This document shows, in pieces, positions 1 through 9,558 of a stretch of DNA of 64,000 nucleotides. Made by a program: the position numbers and the translations under genes. The stretch comes from Acidobacteriota bacterium. GTDB taxonomy: Bacteria; Acidobacteriota; UBA6911. The first letter of the stretch is position 1; every line of letters starts with the position of its first letter. The stretch is taken from positions 1 to 64,000 of the forward strand of contig OY761556.1 in the NCBI GenBank assembly GCA_963664705.1, written 5' to 3'. The notes beneath the pieces are model-generated. The model ran no database searches. It worked only from the letters and a program-made list of their open reading frames with translations, and was not told the DNA's origin.

Positions 1-1625
1 ACTACGGTGCGCTGAAGCGCCTGGAAAAAAGCCCGTATGTGACCCGCATTTCCATTGACCACCCGGTTAACGGAAGTACCTACACCACCGCGAGAGCCAT
101 TGGTGCGGATCAGGTGTGGGCTGGTGCCTCAGGCCTTCCCGCCTTTAATGGCACGGGAATTGGCGTGGCAGTGCTCGATTCAGGTGTCGACAATCGCGGG
201 GACCTGTCCAACCGGATCGCTTACCGCACCCACTTTGTTGAGAATGATTCCGATGGCTACGGTCATGGAACCCATGTTGCCGGAACGATTGCTGGAAATG
301 GGCTGATATCCGCCTCCAGCACAGGCTTCCCTGTGCAGTACAAGGGCATTGCCTACGGCTCCAAAATTGTCAGCGTCCGTGTACTGGGTTCTGACGGCAG
401 CGGACTCACAAGCAATGTCATCGCGGGCATTGATTGGACCATCACCTACAGGAGTTTATTCAATGTCCGGGTGATGAATCTCTCGCTGGGCCACCCCATT
501 TTTGAATCCTTTAAGACCGATCCATTGTGCAAAGCGGTTGAGCGCGCCGTCAAGGCAGGCATTGTCGTTGTTGTCGCGGCCGGCAATTTCGGCAAAGACG
601 CCAATGGAACGCCGGTGTTTGGCGGAATCACCAGCCCGGCCAATGATCCTGCCGTCATTACTGTCGGAGCCGTGGATACAAAAAATACCATTTCCCGCAG
701 CGACGACACGATCGCCAGCTATAGTTCGCGTGGTCCAACGCTTATCGATGGAATGATCAAACCCGATATCGTTGCCCCGGGAAACAAAGTCATCGCATTC
801 CCGAATCGCGACTCCAGGCTCTTCCTGATGTATCCGTTCAATCGCGTATTCAAGCCCGGCAGTATCGATGTCACAAAAGCCTATTTCACGATGAGCGGAA
901 CAAGCATGGCCACGCCGGTGGTTTCCGGGACCGTCGCTCTGATGCTGCAGGCGAACCCGTCATTGACCCCGAATGCGATCAAGGCGATCCTTGCCTACAC
1001 CGCGGAACGCATGACTGCCCCCAAGATTCTGGAGCAGGGGAATGGCTATCTGAATGCGGAAGGCGCCGTTCGTCTTGCACGCGCCATTTCGCAGAATTCC
1101 AATACACTGGCTCCTGGTGCCCGCTGGATTTCGAATCCTTCTTATATCAAGAACTACAGCACGATTGGCGGTGAAGGCGTGCTTTGGGGCGATGGCGTGC
1201 TTTGGGGTGATGGTGTTCTCTGGGGTGATGGCGTTCTCTGGGGCGATGGTGTCCTCTGGGGTGATGGTGTTCTCTGGGGCGATGGCGTTCTCTGGGGTGA
1301 CGGCGTTCTCTGGGGCGATTCGCTGATGGAATACAACCAGAGTGCTTTCGGCAGCGGCGTACTCTGGGGTGATGGCGTACTCTGGGGCGACAGCATCAAT
1401 GTGGACGGAGCCTCGATTATTGCCGGCACCGGAAGCACCAGCGGAATTCTAAACACGACGTCTTCCAGTTGGAGCGTCGCGATGGCAGATCCCAATACCA
1501 TGGGCAACAGCGACAGCGATTCAATGCTGATTCTTGAGATTCCGCCTTTTGTCATGAGGCTGGCCTATATCGTTGAGATTCTAATTGAGCCCTATTATCC
1601 ACCGACAGATCCCGAGACCATGTAA
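1..1625 (+). CDS. S8 (subtilisin/AprX-like) serine protease with C-terminal GVLWGD repeats; 5'-truncated by the window edge
   Basis: Catalytic triad motifs VAVLDSG, HGTHVAG, GTSMATP and oxyanion motif AAGN. The frame is open from base 3 (YGALKRLEKSPYVTRIS), so the true start lies upstream. Confidence 0.93.
   Translation, partial: YGALKRLEKSPYVTRISIDHPVNGSTYTTARAIGADQVWAGASGLPAFNGTGIGVAVLDSGVDNRGDLSNRIAYRTHFVENDSDGYGHGTHVAGTIAGNGLISASSTGFPVQYKGIAYGSKIVSVRVLGSDGSGLTSNVIAGIDWTITYRSLFNVRVMNLSLGHPIFESFKTDPLCKAVERAVKAGIVVVVAAGNFGKDANGTPVFGGITSPANDPAVITVGAVDTKNTISRSDDTIASYSSRGPTLIDGMIKPDIVAPGNKVIAFPNRDSRLFLMYPFNRVFKPGSIDVTKAYFTMSGTSMATPVVSGTVALMLQANPSLTPNAIKAILAYTAERMTAPKILEQGNGYLNAEGAVRLARAISQNSNTLAPGARWISNPSYIKNYSTIGGEGVLWGDGVLWGDGVLWGDGVLWGDGVLWGDGVLWGDGVLWGDGVLWGDSLMEYNQSAFGSGVLWGDGVLWGDSINVDGASIIAGTGSTSGILNTTSSSWSVAMADPNTMGNSDSDSMLILEIPPFVMRLAYIVEILIEPYYPPTDPETM
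1176..1391 (+). repeat. Coding 18-bp tandem repeat: 8x GVLWGD (1176-1319) plus 2x (1356-1391)
   Basis: Read directly. The copies differ only at synonymous positions. Confidence 0.97.
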
Positions 1626-1656
1626 CCACGAGTAAGCTAATACAGACCAGGAAACC

Positions 1657-3594
1657 ATGATGCGATCAACAAAGACCGGCGGAAATCAAAATATGGTGAA
1701 GAGAATATTAGCGTTATTATTCGTTGCCCTCCCTGTCATGACGATGTCAATGCGTGGCCAGGCATCCAATTCACAGAGCGCTAACGATAAGATAGAAACC
1801 AAGGTAGGTTTTGTTGCAAAGGAGGCGACCAGGACTCGTTCGTTGGTCCCGGCGATCGTCCAATTCGCGGACAATACCATTGCCGCGGAGAGGGAATCGA
1901 TCATCAACGGCCACGGCGGCAAAAGCAAAAAACACTACAGCACGCTTGCTGCCGTTGCGGCCGATCTGGACCCGGCGGGACTCTATTCCCTGTCGGATAA
2001 TCCTCGCGTTCGCCATATTTCCTATGATCACGAGGTTCGATCAAACCCGCACAACACGGTCATTTCCGTGGGCGCAGATCAGGTTTGGGGCAATGGCGGA
2101 AGCACCGGATATACCGGCCGGGGCATCACCGTTGCGGTCATCGATTCCGGAATTGCCATGACCACGGACCTTGCCGACAGTGTTCTTCCCACGCAGATTG
2201 GATTTGGAGTGAAGTCCCCGATTGATCAATATGGCCACGGAACGCATGTTGCCGGTATTGTGGCCGGGGACGGTGTCATTTCGTCAACCAACAAGAATTA
2301 CTATTACGATTACCGGGGGATTGCCCCGGATGCGTCGATCCTGAACCTGCGTGTGCTGGATGCAAAGGGGAGCGGCCAGACCAGCAATGTACTGGAGGCG
2401 CTGGAATGGTGCCTGGCCAACAGGATCCGCTATAACATTCGCGTGATCAACCTGTCTCTGGGGCATCCGGTGTCAGAATCCTATAAGGTCGATCCGTTGT
2501 GCCGGATGGTGGAACGCGCCGTAGCCGCTGGAATGGTTGTGGTGGTTGCCGCCGGCAATTATGGAAAAGATGATGCGGGAAATCCTGTCTATGGCGGAAT
2601 CACCAGCCCCGGGAACGATCCCGCGGTGATCACGGTCGGAGCGGTCAACGGGCACGATACACCGACCCGTGTTGATGACACGGTCGCATCGTACAGTTCG
2701 CGTGGGCCCACTGCGATCGATGGTCTCATCAAGCCGGATATTGTTGCCCCGGGAAACAAGATTGTTTCAACGACCAACAAAAGCATGGCCCTGTACAGAA
2801 ACTATCCGGAAAACCTGGTGACGCTGGCAAACGGCAAATCCAGTTCCACCTATATGGTCCTCAGCGGAACGAGTATGGCTGCTCCGGTGGTTTCCGGCAC
2901 GGTTGCCCTGATGCTTCAGGCAAATCCATCGCTGACTCCCAACACGGTGAAAGCGATCCTGGACTATACCGCGGAGCGGATGACACAGCCCGGTATCCTT
3001 GAACAGGGGAATGGCTACCTCAATGCGGAAGGGGCGGTGCGTCTTGCCCGCGCGATTACAACCGATACCAGAGTTGCCAACGGAATGCCTTGGATTTCAG
3101 ATCCGGGGCTCATCCGTTCCTATAGCATGATTTCAGGCGATGCCATTCTTTGGGGCGACGCCATCCTTTGGGGAGATACCATCCTCTGGGGCGACGCTAT
3201 TCTTTGGGGCGATGCGATCCTTTGGGGTGACGCGATCCTTTGGGGTGACGGGTTGGTATGGGGCGAAAAATTATACGGAAGTGGCCTTGGTGCCTGGAAT
3301 GACTCCCTGATGCTTTTCAAGCAGCCCGCGATGGGCTCGGCCATCCTTTGGGGCGACGGCATGATTCAGGGAGAAGCAGTGGTTTCAGCTACGGGATTGC
3401 TCTGGGACTGCAATGCCGGGACGACCGGAATTCTCGAAACGGTTGCCGGAGAATGGACCTCAGCGTTCATGGATCCGACCTCGATTTCCATTTCGAACGA
3501 AACCATTCTGATTTACGGAGAATTGGGTGCGCCGACAGGGCTTAAACTTGCGGCCACCAATAGCATCTATTACCCAACCCTTCTGGGGCGGTAG
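1657..3594 (+). CDS. Secreted S8 serine protease with prodomain and C-terminal AILWGD repeats (paralog of the upstream gene)
   Basis: Signal-like MVKRILALLFVALPVM (alternative start 1693), a putative propeptide, and VAVIDSG / HGTHVAG / GTSMAAP. Confidence 0.94.
   Translation: MMRSTKTGGNQNMVKRILALLFVALPVMTMSMRGQASNSQSANDKIETKVGFVAKEATRTRSLVPAIVQFADNTIAAERESIINGHGGKSKKHYSTLAAVAADLDPAGLYSLSDNPRVRHISYDHEVRSNPHNTVISVGADQVWGNGGSTGYTGRGITVAVIDSGIAMTTDLADSVLPTQIGFGVKSPIDQYGHGTHVAGIVAGDGVISSTNKNYYYDYRGIAPDASILNLRVLDAKGSGQTSNVLEALEWCLANRIRYNIRVINLSLGHPVSESYKVDPLCRMVERAVAAGMVVVVAAGNYGKDDAGNPVYGGITSPGNDPAVITVGAVNGHDTPTRVDDTVASYSSRGPTAIDGLIKPDIVAPGNKIVSTTNKSMALYRNYPENLVTLANGKSSSTYMVLSGTSMAAPVVSGTVALMLQANPSLTPNTVKAILDYTAERMTQPGILEQGNGYLNAEGAVRLARAITTDTRVANGMPWISDPGLIRSYSMISGDAILWGDAILWGDTILWGDAILWGDAILWGDAILWGDGLVWGEKLYGSGLGAWNDSLMLFKQPAMGSAILWGDGMIQGEAVVSATGLLWDCNAGTTGILETVAGEWTSAFMDPTSISISNETILIYGELGAPTGLKLAATNSIYYPTLLGR
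3142..3357 (+). repeat. Coding 18-bp tandem repeat: 6x [A/T]ILWGD, then GLVWGE, and one further AILWGD at 3340-3357
   Basis: Read directly; synonymous variation between copies. Confidence 0.96.
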
Positions 3595-3635
3595 GTGCGT
3601 GGGCGATTGCGGACATCAGAATAAAATATAGTTTT

Positions 3636-3686
3636 AAAAGGGGCGGCACCGGGTTCGGTAGGGTTTGAAGACCCGTGTCGCCTTTA
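3636..3686 (+). terminator. Probable rho-independent terminator after the protease pair
   Basis: ggcggcac-cgggtt...gacccg-tgtcgcc stem followed by a T-run and preceded by an A-run. Confidence 0.55.
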
Positions 3687-3830
3687 TTGTTCTGTCTATA
3701 CAGCCAGGCGACTTACATGCGCTCAAAGCGGTGTAGGACACCTGTAGCCGAATCTGCCTCAGCCCATAGTTAAGACTAATCATGGACACGCTATTAGACG
3801 ATATCATTAAGGCTAGTCTAAGAGCTCGAT

Positions 3831-5450
3831 ATGACAGATTCTAAAAATTCGGATTCGCCAGCCGGCATGAAGCGCGGACACCATCGCCTGTTCCTTCCGT
3901 ACATGTATGCGATGATCGCGGCGGGCGCGGTTGTGCTGACAACGCAGGCATTTCATCTCCCCAAAGGCTATGACTGGCTTGTGCTTGTGGCGGTAACCGC
4001 TTTTACCGGGTTCTGTTGTGTCAATATTCCTGCTCTGAATTCCAAAATCTCGATTGGCGATTCGCTTTTCTTTACCAACCTGATTCTGTTTGGTGTGCCG
4101 GCCGGCATCGTCACTCAGGCGGTCGATTCGTTTTGCGCCTCATGCCGGGCCAAGACGAGATCGCGGCGCCTCTGGTATGTTCTCTTCAATGTGGCCGCGA
4201 CTACGGTGTCCGCATTCATCAGCGGCAGCGTTTTCTTTCGCCTGATGCCTGGAGGCCCTATCGTGCACAGGGCCGTATCTATCCAGGAGCTTTTTGTTCC
4301 GCTGGGGACCCTGGCGATTACCCACTACCTGGCAAATTCCGGCAGCGTTTCCATCATTGTCGCTCTTGAAAAGCGAAGAAACCTGCTGACTGTCTGGAAG
4401 GATGGATTCCTTTGGACTTCCGTGACGTACTTTATTGGAGCCGTTGCGGCGGGGTTCATTGCACTTACCATCGACAGGGTTGGCCCCGAAGTACTTTTCA
4501 TCATTTCCATTGTTCTGGTTGTCGTATATTTCACCTACAAAACCTACCTGGACAAGGTTGCGGAACTGCACCAGTTGAAAATGAATCTGGAAGCAGAAGT
4601 CCGACAGCGAACCCTTGCATTGCAGGAGGCCACGGAGCGCGCCATAGCCCTGGCAGAGGCGGCAGAGGCTGCCAGTCGCGCCAAATCGGAGTTTCTGGCC
4701 GTAATGAGCCATGAGATTCGTACACCGCTAAACGCCGTGATCGGATACAGCGAAATGCTGCAGGAAGAGGCGGAAGACCTGGGCTATCCAAAACTGATTC
4801 CTGATTTGCAGAAGATCACCTCAGCCGGCAAGCACCTCCTGAACCTGATCAGCGATATTCTCGACTTTTCCAAGATCGAAGCAGGCATGCTCAAACTGAA
4901 CCATGTCGAGTTTGATTTGCACCAGGTTCTCACCGAACTGTTGTATATCTACAGCGGGCCCGCCAACGATAAAGCGCTGAAATTGACTTGCCACATTGAT
5001 GAACTCGTCCCCTCGGCAGTGCTGGGCGACCCCGACCGTCTCCGGCAGATTCTTACAAACCTGATCGGCAATGCGATCAAGTTTACGCATCAAGGAGAAA
5101 TCCAGGTTTCGCTTGCGCTCGAAAAGGTCAGCGAACGGCTTCGATTCCGATTCGAGGTAAAGGACAGCGGAATCGGCATTGCTCCGGAAGCTTGTACCAG
5201 AATCTTCCATGCCTTTTCTCAAGCCGACGGCTCCACAACACGCAAATACGGTGGAACCGGACTGGGGCTCACGATCGTCAAACGGCTGGTTGAGATGATG
5301 GATGGGCAGGTTGGTGTTCACAGCGAACCGGGCTCCGGCTCCACCTTCTGGTTCACCGTTTCGTTTCAACGGGTTGATCTGAGGACGCAAGATACTGCAG
5401 TGTATTCTATATCCGAAAGCTTGGCCGCAAGACCGGAAGTCCGCAGCTAG
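3831..5450 (+). CDS. Membrane sensor histidine kinase (about 6-7 TM input domain, HisKA, HATPase_c; no receiver)
   Basis: H-box FLAVMSHEIRTPLN, N-box QILTNLIGNAIKFT, G1 DSGIGI, G2 GGTGLGL, and a hydrophobic N-terminal region. Confidence 0.93.
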   Translation: MTDSKNSDSPAGMKRGHHRLFLPYMYAMIAAGAVVLTTQAFHLPKGYDWLVLVAVTAFTGFCCVNIPALNSKISIGDSLFFTNLILFGVPAGIVTQAVDSFCASCRAKTRSRRLWYVLFNVAATTVSAFISGSVFFRLMPGGPIVHRAVSIQELFVPLGTLAITHYLANSGSVSIIVALEKRRNLLTVWKDGFLWTSVTYFIGAVAAGFIALTIDRVGPEVLFIISIVLVVVYFTYKTYLDKVAELHQLKMNLEAEVRQRTLALQEATERAIALAEAAEAASRAKSEFLAVMSHEIRTPLNAVIGYSEMLQEEAEDLGYPKLIPDLQKITSAGKHLLNLISDILDFSKIEAGMLKLNHVEFDLHQVLTELLYIYSGPANDKALKLTCHIDELVPSAVLGDPDRLRQILTNLIGNAIKFTHQGEIQVSLALEKVSERLRFRFEVKDSGIGIAPEACTRIFHAFSQADGSTTRKYGGTGLGLTIVKRLVEMMDGQVGVHSEPGSGSTFWFTVSFQRVDLRTQDTAVYSISESLAARPEVRS

Positions 5451-5462
5451 TTTGGAATTTCC

Positions 5463-5504
5463 GATTCCAGATTCCAGATTCCAGATTCCAGATTCCAGAT
5501 TCAT
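5463..5504 (+). repeat. Intergenic heptamer tandem repeat (GATTCCA)x5 plus a partial copy
   Basis: Read directly. Confidence 0.95.
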
Positions 5505-5620
5505 AATCATTCAGCGAATGAAAAATCTCATGTTTTGGCCAAACGGTACCGATCTGCTATCAGGGGCTGCGAATAGTCTCAAAGCGCCCTGGTTAAAACG
5601 CTTTTCGAAGGAATGCCTCG

Positions 5621-6772
5621 ATGAGTACGGTTTGGCTGCGGCCCGGCACATTGAGAGACTGGGTTGTTGAATGGAGAGCCCGGCAGTTCCGGGATCCTGT
5701 GAAGAAACTCGCCTATCTTCGGAATGTGGCGCGCAAAGATTCGGTCGGATTCAGCCATCGACTTCCCCTGTATCTCGTTCCCGTGGTCCTGATGCTGCTT
5801 TTTGGTGCCAGCCGTGTGGAGATGGTTTCGGATGTCAATGCAGGGCTTCGACTCAATAATCCGGCTAAAACTGCAAAAAGTGTCAAGGGTCATACCGGTG
5901 CCGGGGATTTCAAAGCCGTTTGGGTTGTGGAAAACGGCAGGGATTTCGAGACTTTCAGCAATGGTTTGCGCGTAGAGAACCGGTTCCTTTCTCCGAATCA
6001 AAGCCGTTCGTATGTCGTATTCCATAAGGGGATCCCGGGCGAGCTGCAAACCAAACCTGCCGGAATTGTCTTTCACACAAGCGAGAGCGCACTGGCTCCC
6101 TTCCTTTCCGATCAGAATGCTCAGCTCACGCGGATTGGCAGGGGATTGCTGGAATATGTCAGCCAGCGCAAAGCCTATCACTTCGTCGTCGATCGTTTTG
6201 GCCGCGTGTTTCGCGTGGTTCCGGAGACAGATTCCGCCAATCATGCCGGCAATTCGGTATGGGCAAACGGCGACGATGTTTTCGTGAATTTGAACCACAG
6301 TTTTCTGGGCGTCTCGTTTGAATCCCAGACTCGCGATATTGAGCAGGGCATCTACCTGAATCCGGCGCAAATACACGCCGGCCGCCTGCTTGTGGAAATG
6401 CTGGTGGGCAAATATAACCTTCCTGCCGGCAATTGCATTACTCATGCACAGGTTTCCATCGATCCGCAGAACATGACGATCGGATATCACTATGACGGGG
6501 CCGGAGATTTTCCTTTTCAGCAGCTTGGCGTTCCGGATAACTATGCGCTGCCCATCCCGAGCCTCTATGTTTTCGGTTTCGACTTTGATTCAAAATTCCT
6601 GATGTATTCGGGAAACAGGTTGTGGATAGGCATGCGCCTGTCCGAAAAGCGTCTGCGACAGGATGCCGAGTCCAAGCACCTTTCGGTCGAGGCGCATAAA
6701 GAAAATCTGCGCAAGCAGTACTGGGCCTCCATGGATTCGCTGAGGCATCTGGGCATAATCAGGGAGAATTGA
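5621..6772 (+). CDS. Membrane-anchored N-acetylmuramoyl-L-alanine amidase (Amidase_2/PGRP type)
   Basis: IVFHTSE, AYHFVVDRFG, ANHAG, LGVSFE and ITHAQVS motifs; one N-terminal TM segment. Confidence 0.82.
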   Translation: MSTVWLRPGTLRDWVVEWRARQFRDPVKKLAYLRNVARKDSVGFSHRLPLYLVPVVLMLLFGASRVEMVSDVNAGLRLNNPAKTAKSVKGHTGAGDFKAVWVVENGRDFETFSNGLRVENRFLSPNQSRSYVVFHKGIPGELQTKPAGIVFHTSESALAPFLSDQNAQLTRIGRGLLEYVSQRKAYHFVVDRFGRVFRVVPETDSANHAGNSVWANGDDVFVNLNHSFLGVSFESQTRDIEQGIYLNPAQIHAGRLLVEMLVGKYNLPAGNCITHAQVSIDPQNMTIGYHYDGAGDFPFQQLGVPDNYALPIPSLYVFGFDFDSKFLMYSGNRLWIGMRLSEKRLRQDAESKHLSVEAHKENLRKQYWASMDSLRHLGIIREN

Positions 6773-6775
6773 GAA

Positions 6776-7777
6776 ATGAATTCCTACGAAGAAAACCGCT
6801 CGGTCATGGGCATTGATGTCGGAACAAGCCGTGTTGTTGTGGCAAAGCCGGAAGGGCAGGCATTCCAATACCAGTCACAGCTGAATGCCTTTGTCCGGAT
6901 TCCATTTCAAAAGATGACCGAGAGCGTTCTGCAGAAGGAAAGCGTGCCGTATGTTGTCGAGGGTACGCAAATCGTTGTGCACGGCAACGAGTCGGAAACG
7001 CTGGCCAATTTCCTGCAGGTCGAGACGCGGCATCCTATGAGCCGGGGGTTTCTGAATCCCCAGGAGCCGGACAATTTGAAGCGGTTGTCTCATATCATCG
7101 AGACACTCTGCGGAAGACCCGCTGAAAAAGAGCTTGTCTATTACAGTGTTCCTGCAGCTCCGGCCGGCGAGGAAGACACCTTGACCTATCATGAGACGAC
7201 GCTGAGGCAGGTGCTGGAAAGCCTCGGTTATCGCGCCAAGAGCATTACCGAGGGACTGGCGGTGGTATACGCGGAATTGGAGCACACCAATTATACGGGA
7301 TTGGGGATCAGTTGCGGGGGAGGTCTGTGCAACGTGTGCCTATCCTATCTGGCCGTCCCGGTCCTCAGTTTTAGCGTTCCCAAGGCAGGGGATTTTATCG
7401 ATGCAAGTTCGGCCGCGGTGACCGGGGAGCGTGCGAACCTTATCCGGACCGTCAAGGAAGACTCTTTTTATTTTAATGGGCATTTTGACGACAAACTGCA
7501 CCAGGTGATTTCCGTCTATTACGATGGCATGATCCGAGCCCTGGTGGATGCTTTGCGCGATCAGCTTTCAGCATGCCGCGGCGTTTCCAGGCTTACGCGC
7601 CCGGTGCCGCTTGTTCTGAGCGGGGGGACGGCCCTGCCATCGGGATTTCGCGACAGGTTTGAAAGCGTTCTGATGGAAAGCAAGCTCCCGATCTCATTCT
7701 CGGAGATCCGGATGGCGGAGAGTCCGCTGCATTCAACGGCAAAGGGTGCTCTCATCGCCGCAATGATCGATAACTGA
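6776..7777 (+). CDS. Actin-fold ATPase, volactin-like
   Basis: Phosphate-1 GIDVGTS, connect-1 ITEGLAV, phosphate-2 GISCGGGLCNV, adenosine LSGGTA, connect-2 TAKGA. Starts 3 bp after the amidase stop. Confidence 0.8.
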   Translation: MNSYEENRSVMGIDVGTSRVVVAKPEGQAFQYQSQLNAFVRIPFQKMTESVLQKESVPYVVEGTQIVVHGNESETLANFLQVETRHPMSRGFLNPQEPDNLKRLSHIIETLCGRPAEKELVYYSVPAAPAGEEDTLTYHETTLRQVLESLGYRAKSITEGLAVVYAELEHTNYTGLGISCGGGLCNVCLSYLAVPVLSFSVPKAGDFIDASSAAVTGERANLIRTVKEDSFYFNGHFDDKLHQVISVYYDGMIRALVDALRDQLSACRGVSRLTRPVPLVLSGGTALPSGFRDRFESVLMESKLPISFSEIRMAESPLHSTAKGALIAAMIDN

Positions 7778-7850
7778 TTTGAAGTCCAGCAGGACGCGCT
7801 GCAGGTTGATCTCCTGAGAATTGCTTTTCGGGAGATCAACTCCGGACGCG

Positions 7851-8648
7851 TCACAAGAGAATAAGGGAAAGAGCCATTACGGCCATGCCGCTGATGAGCC
7901 CGTAAATGGACTGGTGCCCGTCGCTGAACTTCTTTGCATGGGGTACCAACTGATCGAGAGAGATAAAGACCATTATTCCCGCCACTGCCGCGAAAATGAT
8001 ATCCACAAGATGACTGTGGAAGAATGATCGAAGCGCAATAAACCCTATCAGCGCTCCCACCGGTTCGGACACTCCCGAGAGAAACGAATACCAGAACGCT
8101 TTCTTGCGGCTTCCTGTCGCATAGTAGATTGGGATTGAAATCGATATCCCCTCCGGGATGTTGTGCAGCGCAATAGCAACCGCAACCGAAACGCCGACCG
8201 TCCGATCTGACAGCGCGGCGAAAAATGTGGCGATGCCTTCCGGAAAATTGTGGATGCCGATGGCCAGTGCTGTCAGCACTCCGAGGCGATGCAATTGGCG
8301 CGATTTATCCTCGGCATCCATTTCTTCCACCAGGCCGGTTTCATGCGGGTTTTCGTAAGAGGGAATAAGAAAATCGATGGCTGCAATCAGAATCATTCCG
8401 CCCAGGAAGCTGATCAGCGTCATCGTGCCGCCCTGAACCTTTCCATAGGCTGAGACCAGCGATGTCTGAGCTTTTGCCAGCAGTTCCATGAACGAAATGT
8501 AGATCATGACGCCCGCTGAAAAGCCAAGTGCGCCGGAAAGCATCCCTCGACGCGTATGGTGAGTCAGGTAGGCGAGCGCGCTACCGATGCCGGTGGCGCA
8601 GCCGGCCAGAACGGTCAACAAAAAGGCATAGCCTGCAGCAGTGTCCAT
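7851..8648 (-). CDS. zupT: ZIP-family zinc transporter
   Basis: HNFPEG and HNIPEG motifs, FSAGVMIYISF, SEPVGA. Confidence 0.93.
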   Translation of the reverse strand: MDTAAGYAFLLTVLAGCATGIGSALAYLTHHTRRGMLSGALGFSAGVMIYISFMELLAKAQTSLVSAYGKVQGGTMTLISFLGGMILIAAIDFLIPSYENPHETGLVEEMDAEDKSRQLHRLGVLTALAIGIHNFPEGIATFFAALSDRTVGVSVAVAIALHNIPEGISISIPIYYATGSRKKAFWYSFLSGVSEPVGALIGFIALRSFFHSHLVDIIFAAVAGIMVFISLDQLVPHAKKFSDGHQSIYGLISGMAVMALSLILL

Positions 8649-8769
8649 GTCGGAGATTCTATAATCCAAAAGATCCGTTAACGCAACGCTTCAATTGATA
8701 ATCCACGGTGGTTCCGCCGGGAACCGGGTGCCGGAATCGGGAACCTGGGTATGCTATACTCCCGTCCTC

Positions 8770-9558
8770 ATGATTTCCGGCATCAAAACTCTGATTTTTG
8801 ATTTGGATGATACGCTCCTGGTTGAGGAGGCATCTGCCGAAGCTGCTTTTGTCGAGACCGGGGAATTGGCTCGCATCCGTTATGGGATTGATCCCCACGA
8901 GTTGCATCGTACGGTGCGAAAGACCTGTCGCGCGCTGTGGTATGAATTTCCTTCACATCCTTATTGTAAAAGAGTCGGGATAAGTTCCTGGGAAGGGATG
9001 TGGGCGGAGTTCACCGGAGCCGATCCCGAACTGGAGCCTCTGCGAAATTGGGCTTCTACCTATCGGCTGGAATCCTGGCAGGCTGCGCTGCAAATTCATG
9101 GCATCCAGGACCCTCTGCTGGCTGCCGAATTGGGAGAACTGTTCCCGAAATTGCGCCGGCAAAAACACGTGCTCTATCCGGAGATTGTTTCGGTGCTGGA
9201 ACAGGTTAAGGGACGCTATGCTCTTGGTTTGCTGACAAATGGTGCTCTTGACCTGCAGCGGCGAAAGCTGGAGGGATCCGGAATCGCCGGATTTTTCCAC
9301 GAAGTGCTTTTCTCGGGGGAAATCGGCATTGGGAAACCGGATCGGCGCGTGTTCGATGTGCTGTTAGCCCGCCTGCAGGCGGATGCTGAAAGTGCTGTCA
9401 TGATCGGCGACCGGCTGGCTACGGATATTCAGGGGGCGCACGGTGCCGGCATGCGGGCGATATGGGTCAATCGTTTGAAAGAGCAGAACGATACCGGCAT
9501 TTTTCCAGACTGGGAGATCCCCGATCTGAACGCAATCCCATCGGTGCTGGGCCTCTAG
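8770..9558 (+). CDS. HAD-superfamily hydrolase
   Basis: FDLDDTL, LTNG, GKPD and MIGDR motifs. Confidence 0.9.
   Translation: MISGIKTLIFDLDDTLLVEEASAEAAFVETGELARIRYGIDPHELHRTVRKTCRALWYEFPSHPYCKRVGISSWEGMWAEFTGADPELEPLRNWASTYRLESWQAALQIHGIQDPLLAAELGELFPKLRRQKHVLYPEIVSVLEQVKGRYALGLLTNGALDLQRRKLEGSGIAGFFHEVLFSGEIGIGKPDRRVFDVLLARLQADAESAVMIGDRLATDIQGAHGAGMRAIWVNRLKEQNDTGIFPDWEIPDLNAIPSVLGL

Noticed and set aside
1176-1391. 18-bp direct repeats as a CRISPR array
   Set aside because: No spacers, in-frame coding with synonymous variation, and no cas genes.
1154-1555. Antisense ORF with SPQRTP repeats (also 3120-3362)
   Set aside because: Shadow of the WGD repeats on the protease strand.
5452-5670. 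Small ORFs through the GATTCCA repeat (also 4821-5510)
   Set aside because: Translations merely reflect the heptamer repeat or the antisense of the kinase.
6776-7777. MreB, FtsA, MamK or ParM assignment
   Set aside because: No mreCD, ftsZ, magnetosome or parR context, and the motif pattern fits volactin better.
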